Origin: a virus
Virus record (IMG/VR): IMGVR_UViG_3300046782_000129
Span: 53,535 to 117,534 of that record
DNA length: 64,000 nucleotides
Strand: one strand, 5' to 3'
The translations under genes and the position numbers were made by a program. Below, one piece after another: positions 51,101 to 60,487 of this stretch (the first letter of the stretch is position 1; the number at the start of each line of letters is the position of its first letter). The notes under the pieces were generated by a model. It saw only the letters and a list, made by a program, of their open reading frames with translations. It was not told the origin of the DNA and did not search any database.

Positions 51101-51797
51101 CAGCTACGCGGCCATTTTGACAAATGGCGGGTCTGTGGTAAAATGGGACGAGGGCAGACACCCACGTGAGGCCAAGGGAGGGCCAAAAGGGGGAGAGTTT
51201 ACCCGTGTGGCCATGACCAGCCAGCGGGCACCGGGGGATCCGGGGCACCAGTCGAACAAAGTGGTCTTCCAGCACATGCGGGAGTTCCAAGGGCAGTTGG
51301 AGGCCCTGAAGGGCGTCTCCCACGTGTCCGTGAAGCCCGGAGTCGGGGGCTGGGAGGGTGGATCGGAGTCCATGTGGCAGATTTACTACAAGGGCAACGG
51401 GGAAGCCCGGAAACTCGTGGCCCGGACGGCGAAACAGTACAATCAGGATGCGGTGCTGATCCTGAACAAGTGCCACGGGAAGGACTGTCAGCCTGCGGTC
51501 GAGTTGTCGTTTGAGGGGGGCGTCACACCCGCCGCCCGTGAACATGTCCATCAGGTGCTGGTCGCCCACGGCATCGGCGGGTGGACGTGGATGAAGCGAG
51601 ACGGGAAGACGGTGCTTCGTATGGTGAGTGTGCCGCAGTGGGGCGGCGAAGGGATGAAGCATCAGCAAGCGACGACGGCAGTGAGCCAAGAGTTACGAGG
51701 GGGTGGGCTGGCGAACCGTCGAAGAGTACATCAGGTGGCCGTGTCGGTGATGGAACGTGAAGGAAAAAACAGTTATGACTCAGTTATCGGAGCGTGA
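48147..51797 (+). CDS. Multi-domain effector with two ART-like domains and an unknown C-terminal domain
   Basis: GGAGG RBS; LYHVT..GVSFTTS..HEVR; VYRA..QSTT..VANDW..EHESVV; three tags. Confidence 0.72.
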   Translation: MTPEPITIDGRSGTVVYLDADWHPVSPEQATMARVLFDDGGSAFYVAQEPKTQPEGLGGITRKFDAALHPRGEDGRFIEATQPRIFNKTSDVGSYMSWGEKKWGWLPTQEDIEKFGYPPGQPTGRLLTGVPLSREQLPETLYHVTTNAPAVESSGVLLGLLESGGLGGGQAQGVSFTTSKEDARVIQRELTRSVAIARGEVDEKAFEQWARADEKEAGLPEGSLDYATKNALQQWEGNKHILRGNYVSGKGYTEEAPYTPEEHERIRRSVMKDVFNSYLWARETAAEKATGHKVESLKNPILFGQQEHLAKLKPENVQILEIPSAQIPAGALVTTGSDKFLHEVRAYSDVPLLKKLHSIAKFDPNQPRDPAGVPTGGQFTKDIASDPALAEQATAGIAAVEKLIPQATKSVGQPNDWTELKEDMKTAVYQKWTTDTLASHPQMSDDDVYEEWHDRYSNKDKWDIAQDYLGKGTITLPELKGPERWVTGVETGSKNDSNYALTHAIAVRLTELRTDEIRKERGLLGQPTETPKYSYTIVDQSVEKGPLKKLNFVIYDETGNAIGASNTMEQAKINAEEWLKGTHGNPPQSPISSRELISDVWEAWKTKSSEGLGLSLQLAAARELGGVHRMTPEEVKDAEDYASYHGGMATLQAYVRAQWEVTQTVMKKAGEDKLDVYRAIMLPGEKVNNTTNLTLDLNKRAAPSPPSDIKELINPTSQRPVVQFNFDGERFAVQKLQIAQRWQDLEKPVQEKVFEQWMKDASNVSVQGVTAEKAKSLSQHLFENLSGEQKFGLVNVYISRGDIEGPERPLYRNESTEEAIKRRVDKYLETAHPPNIATKLPDLQLQRAGAQSTTGTRSVANDWQGVGSLPPDPVRVVLRIEAPSTSVLSLPVYGKNIVGEHESVVVGTKDKWLWDAWRNQAPSFMDVSVTGKPIEKGPLVMDWGKAVDYDTQEALKAEKTSLVVDLQAEDRGKPHWMTGIDWGKPSYAAILTNGGSVVKWDEGRHPREAKGGPKGGEFTRVAMTSQRAPGDPGHQSNKVVFQHMREFQGQLEALKGVSHVSVKPGVGGWEGGSESMWQIYYKGNGEARKLVARTAKQYNQDAVLILNKCHGKDCQPAVELSFEGGVTPAAREHVHQVLVAHGIGGWTWMKRDGKTVLRMVSVPQWGGEGMKHQQATTAVSQELRGGGLANRRRVHQVAVSVMEREGKNSYDSVIGA

Positions 51798-51960
51798 AGA
51801 GCGGAACAAGGCCCTACGAGAGTTGCTGGCCAAAGAGAAGGCCGAGGAAGAGGCCACGGGTGTGCCACGAGATACCTCGTGGACGGATGACCTTCCGAGT
51901 GACCCTCTTCCTGAAGAAGAGGGCGAGACCTCTGTGGTGTTCGTGAAGAAATCTGAATAG
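51775..51960 (+). CDS. Small acidic protein (partner candidate)
   Basis: AAGGA RBS, overlaps upstream gene end. Confidence 0.5.
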   Translation: MTQLSEREERNKALRELLAKEKAEEEATGVPRDTSWTDDLPSDPLPEEEGETSVVFVKKSE

Positions 51961-51967
51961 AGGAGCC

Positions 51968-53740
51968 ATGGCCCTCAAGTTCACTCGGCAACTGATTGCA
52001 GCGATTCGGCGTCCGTCCCACGTCGCCATCCTCAAATGGGATCGCAACCAGCCCCGTGCCCCTAAAGGATCCGGGGCCGAGAGTGGGCGGTGGGTGGCGG
52101 ATGCCAGTCAGGGTCTTCAGGGCGAAGAGGCCGGGAAGACGAAGGAGCAATCACTAGAGTCGGCGTTGGCGTCTGTGGCGGGAAATGCGTTTCATCCTCA
52201 GGCGTCATACGCGGCCATCATGAATGCACCTTCGGGCACCGGCTTTGCGAACGTGCCACGCATCACGGGCGATCCCGAGATGGTGAAGCGGTTGACCACG
52301 CCAGTCGCCACCGAATCTGATGCCTATACGGCCTTGAAAACGGCCAATCTTGATGATGTCGAACCCAATTCTTCAGGAGCCACTAACAAGTCCTTCCACG
52401 TGACGATGGACGACGCCAACCACACCGAAGCCATCATGAAGCCCGAAATCGGAGAGACGTGGGAGGCGGGGTTCGTCAACAGGGACATCGATAAATACGT
52501 CACCAATCGAGACTTTTCGCTGGCCGAGCGGGAAGAGTTTGCCTATGACGTAGGCGTAGCTCTCAAGATCCCCTTCGTCCCGGCCACCGTGATGCGAGAG
52601 TCGTTAGACTTGGCGTCTCACGGGGTAGAAGCAGGTGACGAAGGGGGCGGCAGCGGCTACGATTCCTCAGACCTCCGGGACATGTACGACAAGTACCGAG
52701 AAAAGGCCCAAGAAGACGCCATGGATGCGGTGGGCGACCAGATGGGCCAGATGTTTCGTGAGGCCCAAGATCAGCACGTGCAAAACATCAAAGACCGGGC
52801 CGATGAGGTGACCGACATTTGGAACGAGTTGATTGACAAAGAACATCCTATCGATACTGACTTTGCGGCCCAGAAAGAACATCCCGTGCTGCCGATGGGT
52901 TCAAAGCCGCCCTTTGAGCGGCGAGACCCAGCCGTGATCGATCCGCTGGAGGTGTTGGACGAAGCCGAAGTCGGGAAAAACTGGGGTAATCCCGAGGAAC
53001 AATTTTCCGGACCACTAAAGCCTGCTGAGGAAGAAAACGTGCGGGCCGTGCTGCGTAAGCACCTACAGGAAGGTGCCCAAGAACTCGGAGACGTGGACGA
53101 AGATGCCGCCAAAGAACATCTGGACTACGACAAGTGGATGGAGAGCCATCAGGATACCGAGAACCGCATGTACGAGAGCAAGATTCAGACCTTTGATGCG
53201 TGGCGGCAGAGCAAAGGCTATGGGAGTGGAGGCGGAGGAAACTTCCAGAACAACGATCAGGCTCCTCACCCGGATGGAGCCTCCCTCCAGCATTTCATCC
53301 ACGGCACCTATGGGTCTCCCTCAAAAATGGATGGAGCCAAGATGGCTATCCTCGATTACGTCATCGGAACGATGGATCGCCACGGAGGCAATCTGATGCT
53401 GGCCACGGATCCCAAGGATGGACTGGTCCACCCAGTGGCGATTGACAATGGCTATAGTATGCCAGCGTCTCCCACGCCTGATGGGTTCAAGTTTCGATCA
53501 TCGGCGGTCGAGCACTGGAGGAATGGATCAGACAAGCTGGTCCTCAAACCTCTGAGAGACACCACGCTGGAAGCTCTTGAGAAGACGGATTGGCAGGCGT
53601 TGATCGCCCGCCATCCCGGCATGAACAAGTTGGAGCGGGATGCCCTGTTTGGCCGCATCGAAAACATGAAAGGGGCCATGAAATACGATGCCGGATTGAA
53701 GGACCTGTGGAGCGGGCAGGACCTGATGGGGCAGTGGTAA
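51968..53740 (+). CDS. Tagged HipA/PI3-PI4-kinase-like effector
   Basis: KWDRNQPRAPKG tag; GATNKS, AIMKP, EREEFAY, VPATV, DYVIGTMDRHGGN, AIDNG. Confidence 0.82.
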   Translation: MALKFTRQLIAAIRRPSHVAILKWDRNQPRAPKGSGAESGRWVADASQGLQGEEAGKTKEQSLESALASVAGNAFHPQASYAAIMNAPSGTGFANVPRITGDPEMVKRLTTPVATESDAYTALKTANLDDVEPNSSGATNKSFHVTMDDANHTEAIMKPEIGETWEAGFVNRDIDKYVTNRDFSLAEREEFAYDVGVALKIPFVPATVMRESLDLASHGVEAGDEGGGSGYDSSDLRDMYDKYREKAQEDAMDAVGDQMGQMFREAQDQHVQNIKDRADEVTDIWNELIDKEHPIDTDFAAQKEHPVLPMGSKPPFERRDPAVIDPLEVLDEAEVGKNWGNPEEQFSGPLKPAEEENVRAVLRKHLQEGAQELGDVDEDAAKEHLDYDKWMESHQDTENRMYESKIQTFDAWRQSKGYGSGGGGNFQNNDQAPHPDGASLQHFIHGTYGSPSKMDGAKMAILDYVIGTMDRHGGNLMLATDPKDGLVHPVAIDNGYSMPASPTPDGFKFRSSAVEHWRNGSDKLVLKPLRDTTLEALEKTDWQALIARHPGMNKLERDALFGRIENMKGAMKYDAGLKDLWSGQDLMGQW

Positions 53741-53784
53741 TTATTTGTCAATTGTGGTATAATAGAGACGAATGGAGGTGTCCT

Positions 53785-54018
53785 GTGTATGTAAAATTGC
53801 TCGATTATCGGGAGTTTCAGAACGAACGGCTGATGGGCACCGTCCGCATGGTGGGCGGTCAGCTTCAGGTAGAGGGCGACGTCCCACCAATCATCCAGCA
53901 GGATCTTCAGAACCATGTGCGAGAGATGGGGAAGGTCAACGATGAAACCTACCTCAAGTCGTTGGAGTTGGTGTTCAGTGGAGCGTATCTGAAGGCGAAG
54001 TTCATCCCCGAGGGCTGA
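53785..54018 (+). CDS. Small protein with own promoter (partner candidate)
   Basis: TGGTATAAT at 53755-53763, GGAGGT RBS, GTG start. Confidence 0.6.
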   Translation: MYVKLLDYREFQNERLMGTVRMVGGQLQVEGDVPPIIQQDLQNHVREMGKVNDETYLKSLELVFSGAYLKAKFIPEG

Positions 54019-54020
54019 AC

Positions 54021-57000
54021 GTGCTCAAGTTCCTGCAATCAGTTGCCAAGTTTGATGAGGCGAAGCACCCTCGTCACCCCGGAGGTACGTCTGAGGGGGG
54101 AGAGTTTGCGGCGAGTGCAGGCCCCTACTATCACGGCACCTCCAACGAAATTGCCGCCAAAATCCTGAAGGATGGACTTCTTCCTCTCAGCGATATGGAC
54201 TTCAGCAGTGGAATCACTCGTGGAAAGGGTTTTGCAGCCACCAGTGAGAAGGTGGCGATCAGCTACGCCGGGATGGCATCGGATGACTCCGTGGACACGA
54301 TCACGGTGATCGTGTTCAAGCCCGAAGCCTCTAAGTATTTCAAGCCTGCCCAGAAACATGCTTTTGGCCCACCGGGATCGTGGCCGCATGCAAGGGGCAC
54401 AGAGATGTCGAGCACGGAGACCGTGCCCCCCAGTTTGGTTCAAGAAGTGCGTCAGTACAAGTTGTCTGATGTGTTGGCGGCGTTGGGACCGAACAAAGGC
54501 AAACAGTACGCTGATTGGGAAACTCCACTAGAAGACGAACTGGAACCTGTCAGTGTGGTGCGGAAGAGCCAGACGATCTATGTGGCCATTCTGACGAAGA
54601 GTGGGGACCAGAAGTGGGATGCGTCTCAGCACCCTCGTGATCCCAAGGGAGAATTTACGGACAAGGCTGCGGCCACCCTCGATGCGGTGGATGACCTCCC
54701 GGTCTCTCCAGAGATTCAGGAGCTAGAAGAGGCATGGGTGGGCGGCGTAGCTGACTTCGGAGATGCCCGAGCCGCTGAGGCCATCCAGAACGTCGAAGGC
54801 TACGAAGAGTATCGGCAATCGATTGCAGACACGTTGCGTAAGCATCTGGGTGATTCCATCACGGCGTATCGTTCGATGAGTCCAAACGAGTACGAAGACT
54901 GGACACAAGGAGGCGGGCCGCAGGGGTTGGTGGGCGTCACGTTAGACCCCGAGGTGGCCAAGCACTGGGAGAAGTTTGCCCTGAACACCGAGCCACGGAC
55001 GGTGGCATCCTTCCAGATCGATCCGGCCCATGTGGTCATGCGTGGGAGCCGCAACGAGTCAGAAATCGTAGTGGATGCGGACTGGATCGAACAGAAGCAG
55101 TTGAGGGCCGTGAAGTGGGATGAGAGTCAACACCCTCGTGATTTGACGGGCAAGTTCACCTACACTCCCCAGCATGAGGCTCCAGAAAAGGGCGAATGGG
55201 ATTATACAGGCGTCGATCCGAACGCTATGGTTGGTCCCGGTCCGAAGTGGGTCCAACAGCACCGTGAGTTGGTCAGAGAAGCTCTGTATTCGTGGTTGGG
55301 GGATCCGGCAGCGATGCGTATCCATGCGTCTGATGCACTAACCGGGGCCTACACGCCGGGGAGTGGGTCAGGCAAGCAGATGCGGGCACAGGCCGAAGCC
55401 CTGTTGTGGGAACTTCAATACAATTCCAAGCCCATTCCCATGTCCCTCTATCGTGGGTCAGGGGCCAAAGGGGATCGTCCGGGCAACCCATTTTCGTGGT
55501 CGGAAGACCGAGCCATCGCCAAAGCCTTTGCCAAGCGATACGGCGGCACTGTGCAAGTCCTCCCAGCCGGAACGGCCCGAGGACTGCGGGTCCGTGACTA
55601 TGTGGGAGGCATGATCGAAGAGAAGCAGTGGATCGTCCGGGCCGGAAACAATCCGCTGACCAAAAAATACGACCCCAGTGAACCCCGAGATGACAAAGGC
55701 CGGTGGACAAAAGATGGCGGTCAGTTCACGACCTTCTATCACGGCACACTGCAAGAGCAATTGGATTCGATCAAAGCGCACGGGTTGAAGACGGATTATT
55801 CAGGATTGGCGTGGCCGGGGTTGAGTCAACCGGGGACCATTTATCTAGCCCGTACTAAACATGATGCCACAGTGTGGGCCGAATCGTCAGCCATTCGGTT
55901 GCAGTGGAAGTACGATAATCCTGTTGCTGTCGTGTTGGAAATACGAGTACCCAAGGAGGTACTGGCAAAGTCACAACGGACGACAGGAATCATTCATACA
56001 GGAGAGCCGGAGGGTAATTTGCGGGTGTTTCAGGACATTCCACCGGAATGGATTCGAAGCGTTACGGTAGGCCGTTCTTACGATGTAATTCAAGGCCGTC
56101 CTGATCGGCCCCCGAGAACGCCATCTCCGGTTGTCATTCCTCCGTTCATTCAGAAGCAGGAGTCTACGACGTTCTATGTGGGGTTGGTAATGGAAGGGGC
56201 GCGTGTTCAGAAACAAGAACATGACTACGGCAACACCCATATCATGATCGATCCTTGGTCTGCCGCCGCATCGTCCTTGAATACCGCCCGGAACCTGATC
56301 CGGGACGAGGATCGGATGGGCGTCGGCAAAGACGTGGACCCCAACCACATTACGGTGCGATACGGCCTGTTGAACGAGGATCTGGATACGCTTCGCACAT
56401 TCATTGCCCATCAACAGGCGTTCGAAGCTCAGGTGATCGGCATCGAACTGTTTCCGCCGAGCGAGTACAGCGAAGGGGCGGTGCCCGTGGTGGCCCGCAT
56501 CTCCAGCCCGGAATTGCATGCGGTGGAGGCCGAGATAGGGAAGTACGCCGACTTCAAAGAGAAGTCGTTCCCAGAGTACAAGCCTCACTGCACGCTGGCC
56601 TACGTGTCGCCTGACGCCGCCCCGCAGTACGCCAACCTGCCTGTTTACGGGAACTGTCTGGTCCACAGCATCACGATCAGCCATGCTTCAGGTGTGCAGG
56701 AGACGATCCCCTTTGGCATGACGAAGAAGTGGGATGAGATTTTGCACCCCCGCGATCAGGAAGGGAAGTTTACGGAACGAGAGGCGTTTGTTCAAGCGGC
56801 CATTCAGCGTGGAGAGGCGCATCTAGTTTCTGAAAAAGAATTTCTGAGCTACCACTTTACTGGGCAGGTTCCTTCGGATGCGTACGAGAAGTATGAAGCC
56901 GGGGATATGAACTTCATTCACCGGAAGGATTTTGACACGCTCCTCAGCACCCACCAAGTGGGTGATGAGACGGTCGAACTACGGGTGCAAGCGGAACCAG

Positions 57001-59360
57001 CGAGATACCCTAAACAGACTGTTGCGGCTAGTGATGAGGAGCGAAATCGTCTTTATGAGGAATACGAGCAGGCGGCAAAGCGTCTAGGGACGGATCCGAT
57101 GAGTGCGGGCATTGATCTTGGGCGGGATTCAGAGGCGTACAAGTCGTTAAAGGTACATGAACAGCGTTGGTTACGGAGTGGTTCGGATTACGTGCGTGAT
57201 GAGCACGGTGATTTGGTGTATTTGACCCCGGAAGAAATGAAGGCCAAAGGGTTGTCCCCGACGACGTACACCGTGGGCGCGTTTGTGGGGGACAAAGCGG
57301 TTGGGTATGCTGGTGACGAGTTTGGTGCGTCTGGGGTGTACATGGCTCGTGGGTACCAACATCACGGGTTAGGGCTAGCGTTATTGAAGACGTACTTGGA
57401 AAAGAGTGGACGGCTAGCCAAGGGTAGGCAAATTGGCCAGATGACGAACGCTGGAGAGAATGTCGTACGGGCACTACACCGTCAACTGGTGAAGGAGGCG
57501 GCGAGTAAAGTCCAGAAGCGTCAAGGCAAACTCTGGGACGAGAGCAAGCACCCCCGCCACCCCGGTGGGTCTTCACAAGGCGGCGAGTTCGAAAGTGCCC
57601 CACGAGATGCCCTGCAATCCATCTTGAATGGAGAGCGGGCGTCGATTGATCCCGGTGACCTTCGTAAGTTCATGGAGATGGCCCGCGATCAGCCTGAGGA
57701 TCCGAACCTGCTCCATTTGCACGTGGATGGGTTCAAAGTCTTTGATCAGACGGGTCTCGGCATCAAGCGGGAGGACATGCCTCAGATCCCGAGAGAGCAT
57801 CGAGAGAATTTTCTGAAGGAGATGAAGGCGGCAGGCGTCATGGTGGAGAAGCAGTGGGTGGATCCTCTGTCGTTGGCCCCGTCACAAGATGAGATTTCGG
57901 CACGTAATGCTGGCGAGAAGCTGCTCAAGTATGAAACAAAGGATAAAGAGTTTCCTCCTTTGTTGGTGTCTCAAGAAGGTCGTGTCCTCGATGGTCATCA
58001 CCACTGGGCGATGATGGCGGCACTGGCGATTGATGCGCCCCACGTGAAGGTGCCGATCTATCGGTTGAATGTCCACGTGCGTCAGGCACTGGCCATGATG
58101 AAAGCGTACGACCGGAAGTACCACATCAAGCCGAAGTCTCTGACCACGAAGGCCGACCCAGTGTCGGGCCGCTACGTCACGCCCTTCGTGTCCTTCGACA
58201 AGCAGGGCGATGACCAGCTACGCATGATCGCCAGCCTGAATTCCAGCCGGTTGGCGACGTGGGGATTTACGGCGGAGGCCGAGGTCCGAGGCTTCGCTCG
58301 GTATCGCATTACCGCCGTACTCGATGGCCGCACCAGTGAATTCTGCCGGTTTATTGATGGGAAGATTTTCGATGTGACGGATGGCCGCGAGAAGGTCATC
58401 GAAGCGTTGAACGTCCAGAATCCTGATGACCTGAGGACCGTGCAGCCATGGCCCAAGCAAACCAAAGCCGCGATGGCCGACTTCAGAGAGATGAGCAATG
58501 ACGATCTGGTGGAGCGGGGGCTACAGATCCCTCCCTACCACCCGTACTGTCGAACGTTGTTGCGCCCCGTCACCTCCAGCGGAGATGAACTTGACGCCGA
58601 AGACATTGTGCCGACCATTCCGGAGGACGTGGAGACGTTTCAGCCCGTGACGTTGGCTGATTTGCAGGAGCTAGGCATCGACGCCACCCAAGAAGACGTG
58701 GACCAGTGGAACGCCCATGTGGGTATGAGTCCCGTGGAACTCTTGTCCAAGCTTTCTGGGATGGAGCCACGAGATGTCCTGACCGATGGCGTGGGTTCCA
58801 ATCCAGTTGGGTTCGATCAGGATGGGAACATCGCCTTCAATTCACGAGGGGAAGTGAACGGCGTCGAGTTCAAGCTGGGGGCGTTGTTGGATCCCTTCAC
58901 GGGGATTTACTACTTGACACAGGCCGACCTAGCGACAGGTACACCAAGTGCTGAAGCGGCATTCTTGAAGAAGATGTTCTCGGCCCTGATTGATATGGGC
59001 GAATCCTCCCCTACGGCCACGGCCATCGCCGTAGGCGTGGCGGGCAATGCGGCTTACTACGCGAAGTTGGGATTTCTTCCGGACGAGATTGAGTGGGACA
59101 CGATTCGTCAGTTTGCGCTCGATGAGTTGGAGACTTCGCTTCAGCCCATGCTGGAGTCGCTGGCCCCAGAGGATCAGGAGTTGGTGCGCCATCTATTGCA
59201 AGACAGTTCCGTGGGGGCCTTGTCGGCACTGGTAGACTTGCCCTTCGAATACGAGGGGAAAACGATAGGTGAGTGGATTCTGGAAGAGACCAGTGGCACG
59301 TGGGAACTGGACTTGACAGATGATGCCATCATTGAACAGGCGAAGGCATACCTGTCATGA
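54021..59360 (+). CDS. MuF (head morphogenesis) polyprotein: four ART-like domains, 2H phosphoesterase, GNAT, ParB-like, MuF
   Basis: YHGT x2, YRS/YRG..S..E x2; HITV and HCTL (2H); YQHHGLG (GNAT); PSQ..LLVS..LDGHH (ParB-like); LDGRTSEFC..DGKIF..PPYHPYCR (MuF); six tags. Confidence 0.85.
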   Translation: MLKFLQSVAKFDEAKHPRHPGGTSEGGEFAASAGPYYHGTSNEIAAKILKDGLLPLSDMDFSSGITRGKGFAATSEKVAISYAGMASDDSVDTITVIVFKPEASKYFKPAQKHAFGPPGSWPHARGTEMSSTETVPPSLVQEVRQYKLSDVLAALGPNKGKQYADWETPLEDELEPVSVVRKSQTIYVAILTKSGDQKWDASQHPRDPKGEFTDKAAATLDAVDDLPVSPEIQELEEAWVGGVADFGDARAAEAIQNVEGYEEYRQSIADTLRKHLGDSITAYRSMSPNEYEDWTQGGGPQGLVGVTLDPEVAKHWEKFALNTEPRTVASFQIDPAHVVMRGSRNESEIVVDADWIEQKQLRAVKWDESQHPRDLTGKFTYTPQHEAPEKGEWDYTGVDPNAMVGPGPKWVQQHRELVREALYSWLGDPAAMRIHASDALTGAYTPGSGSGKQMRAQAEALLWELQYNSKPIPMSLYRGSGAKGDRPGNPFSWSEDRAIAKAFAKRYGGTVQVLPAGTARGLRVRDYVGGMIEEKQWIVRAGNNPLTKKYDPSEPRDDKGRWTKDGGQFTTFYHGTLQEQLDSIKAHGLKTDYSGLAWPGLSQPGTIYLARTKHDATVWAESSAIRLQWKYDNPVAVVLEIRVPKEVLAKSQRTTGIIHTGEPEGNLRVFQDIPPEWIRSVTVGRSYDVIQGRPDRPPRTPSPVVIPPFIQKQESTTFYVGLVMEGARVQKQEHDYGNTHIMIDPWSAAASSLNTARNLIRDEDRMGVGKDVDPNHITVRYGLLNEDLDTLRTFIAHQQAFEAQVIGIELFPPSEYSEGAVPVVARISSPELHAVEAEIGKYADFKEKSFPEYKPHCTLAYVSPDAAPQYANLPVYGNCLVHSITISHASGVQETIPFGMTKKWDEILHPRDQEGKFTEREAFVQAAIQRGEAHLVSEKEFLSYHFTGQVPSDAYEKYEAGDMNFIHRKDFDTLLSTHQVGDETVELRVQAEPARYPKQTVAASDEERNRLYEEYEQAAKRLGTDPMSAGIDLGRDSEAYKSLKVHEQRWLRSGSDYVRDEHGDLVYLTPEEMKAKGLSPTTYTVGAFVGDKAVGYAGDEFGASGVYMARGYQHHGLGLALLKTYLEKSGRLAKGRQIGQMTNAGENVVRALHRQLVKEAASKVQKRQGKLWDESKHPRHPGGSSQGGEFESAPRDALQSILNGERASIDPGDLRKFMEMARDQPEDPNLLHLHVDGFKVFDQTGLGIKREDMPQIPREHRENFLKEMKAAGVMVEKQWVDPLSLAPSQDEISARNAGEKLLKYETKDKEFPPLLVSQEGRVLDGHHHWAMMAALAIDAPHVKVPIYRLNVHVRQALAMMKAYDRKYHIKPKSLTTKADPVSGRYVTPFVSFDKQGDDQLRMIASLNSSRLATWGFTAEAEVRGFARYRITAVLDGRTSEFCRFIDGKIFDVTDGREKVIEALNVQNPDDLRTVQPWPKQTKAAMADFREMSNDDLVERGLQIPPYHPYCRTLLRPVTSSGDELDAEDIVPTIPEDVETFQPVTLADLQELGIDATQEDVDQWNAHVGMSPVELLSKLSGMEPRDVLTDGVGSNPVGFDQDGNIAFNSRGEVNGVEFKLGALLDPFTGIYYLTQADLATGTPSAEAAFLKKMFSALIDMGESSPTATAIAVGVAGNAAYYAKLGFLPDEIEWDTIRQFALDELETSLQPMLESLAPEDQELVRHLLQDSSVGALSALVDLPFEYEGKTIGEWILEETSGTWELDLTDDAIIEQAKAYLS

Positions 59361-59542
59361 AGAAAATTCCCAAGCCCGTCCGACTGCTCAATCGTCCAGA
59401 GACCCCGGCCCTCCGAGCCGTGGTGGAGACCTCCAAAGCTCCGAGAGAGCGATTAGTGGAGCGGTCCTACCAGCAATTGGTGACAAGCCAAAACGTGGAT
59501 CCAGATCGCGCCAAGCGGTTACTCGGCACCACCGAAAAGTAG
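59357..59542 (+). CDS. Small basic protein
   Basis: ATGA overlap. Confidence 0.5.
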   Translation: MKKIPKPVRLLNRPETPALRAVVETSKAPRERLVERSYQQLVTSQNVDPDRAKRLLGTTEK

Positions 59543-59618
59543 TTGTTGCATTCTCCGGAGTCCTGCTACACTTACAGCGGGAATCCCTGCAATCGGTTGC
59601 ACCCGTGAGGAGAGCGAC

Positions 59619-60221
59619 ATGCCCCTGCACATGACCGGGTTAATCTCCCGGCACGAACTTGACCACCCGAACGAGAAACCCCTCAAAAAGCCCGAGCCGC
59701 CACTGAACTATGAACGGGTGCTGAAGTTCAACCCGAACCATGGAGCCGATGGCAAGTTTTCATCGGGAGGTGGGGGCAGGAAGGGCGGCACAGCCGGTGC
59801 CCCCACCGAAGATGCGATGGGGCGTCCGCTCAAAAATCGGAAGGTCCCAGCCGCCGCACTAGAGTCATTTTTGGGAATGATGGGTGGTTCTCGTGAGACG
59901 CCACAGCAAGCACTACGTCGGGTGGTGAGTGGTTCTGGTAAGCCACCCATTGTGGAGCAACCCTCTGGTGGTCGTCGTAATCTGCCTGAGCGACAGGGTG
60001 GGGTGTTTGATAACAACCCTGTTGGCACGATTTACGAGAATGACCAGTTTATAGTACCCACCAATGAAAGAGTCAAGGTGGATCCCAAGTACTATGACCA
60101 AAAGAATCATCCTGACGGCACGATCTACTCCACTAACGGCACCACGATGATCCCTAATGAAGGTGGGTATTTCGACCTTCAGACGGGAAAAGTCTTTAAG
60201 GCGTATCGGTACAAGAGTTAG
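59619..60221 (+). CDS. Tagged virion protein of unknown function
   Basis: GAGGAG RBS; YERVLKFNPNHGADGKF tag. Confidence 0.65.
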   Translation: MPLHMTGLISRHELDHPNEKPLKKPEPPLNYERVLKFNPNHGADGKFSSGGGGRKGGTAGAPTEDAMGRPLKNRKVPAAALESFLGMMGGSRETPQQALRRVVSGSGKPPIVEQPSGGRRNLPERQGGVFDNNPVGTIYENDQFIVPTNERVKVDPKYYDQKNHPDGTIYSTNGTTMIPNEGGYFDLQTGKVFKAYRYKS

Positions 60222-60230
60222 GGTGGCGTC

Positions 60231-60485
60231 ATGCCCATCACGTCAGGCTTCGCCAGTCGCACCTCCACCAAGGGTGAAGGCCACATCCACACGGACAAGT
60301 GGCACAGATGTGTAGACAAAGTGCAGGCCAAAGGTGGCGGGTATGAACCGCATGCCGTGTGTACCGCCAGTATCGGCTACTCCGGGTCCGTGAACCCCGA
60401 GCATCGGACCAAAGGGCCACACGACTCCACGAAGCATCGCAAGAAGAAGATTGAATCCTACGCACAGGTACTGAAGGCCAAGTAA
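60231..60485 (+). CDS. Small basic protein
   Basis: WHRCVDKV...HAVCTAS; ends SYAQVLKAK. Confidence 0.55.
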   Translation: MPITSGFASRTSTKGEGHIHTDKWHRCVDKVQAKGGGYEPHAVCTASIGYSGSVNPEHRTKGPHDSTKHRKKKIESYAQVLKAK

Positions 60486-60487
60486 CC

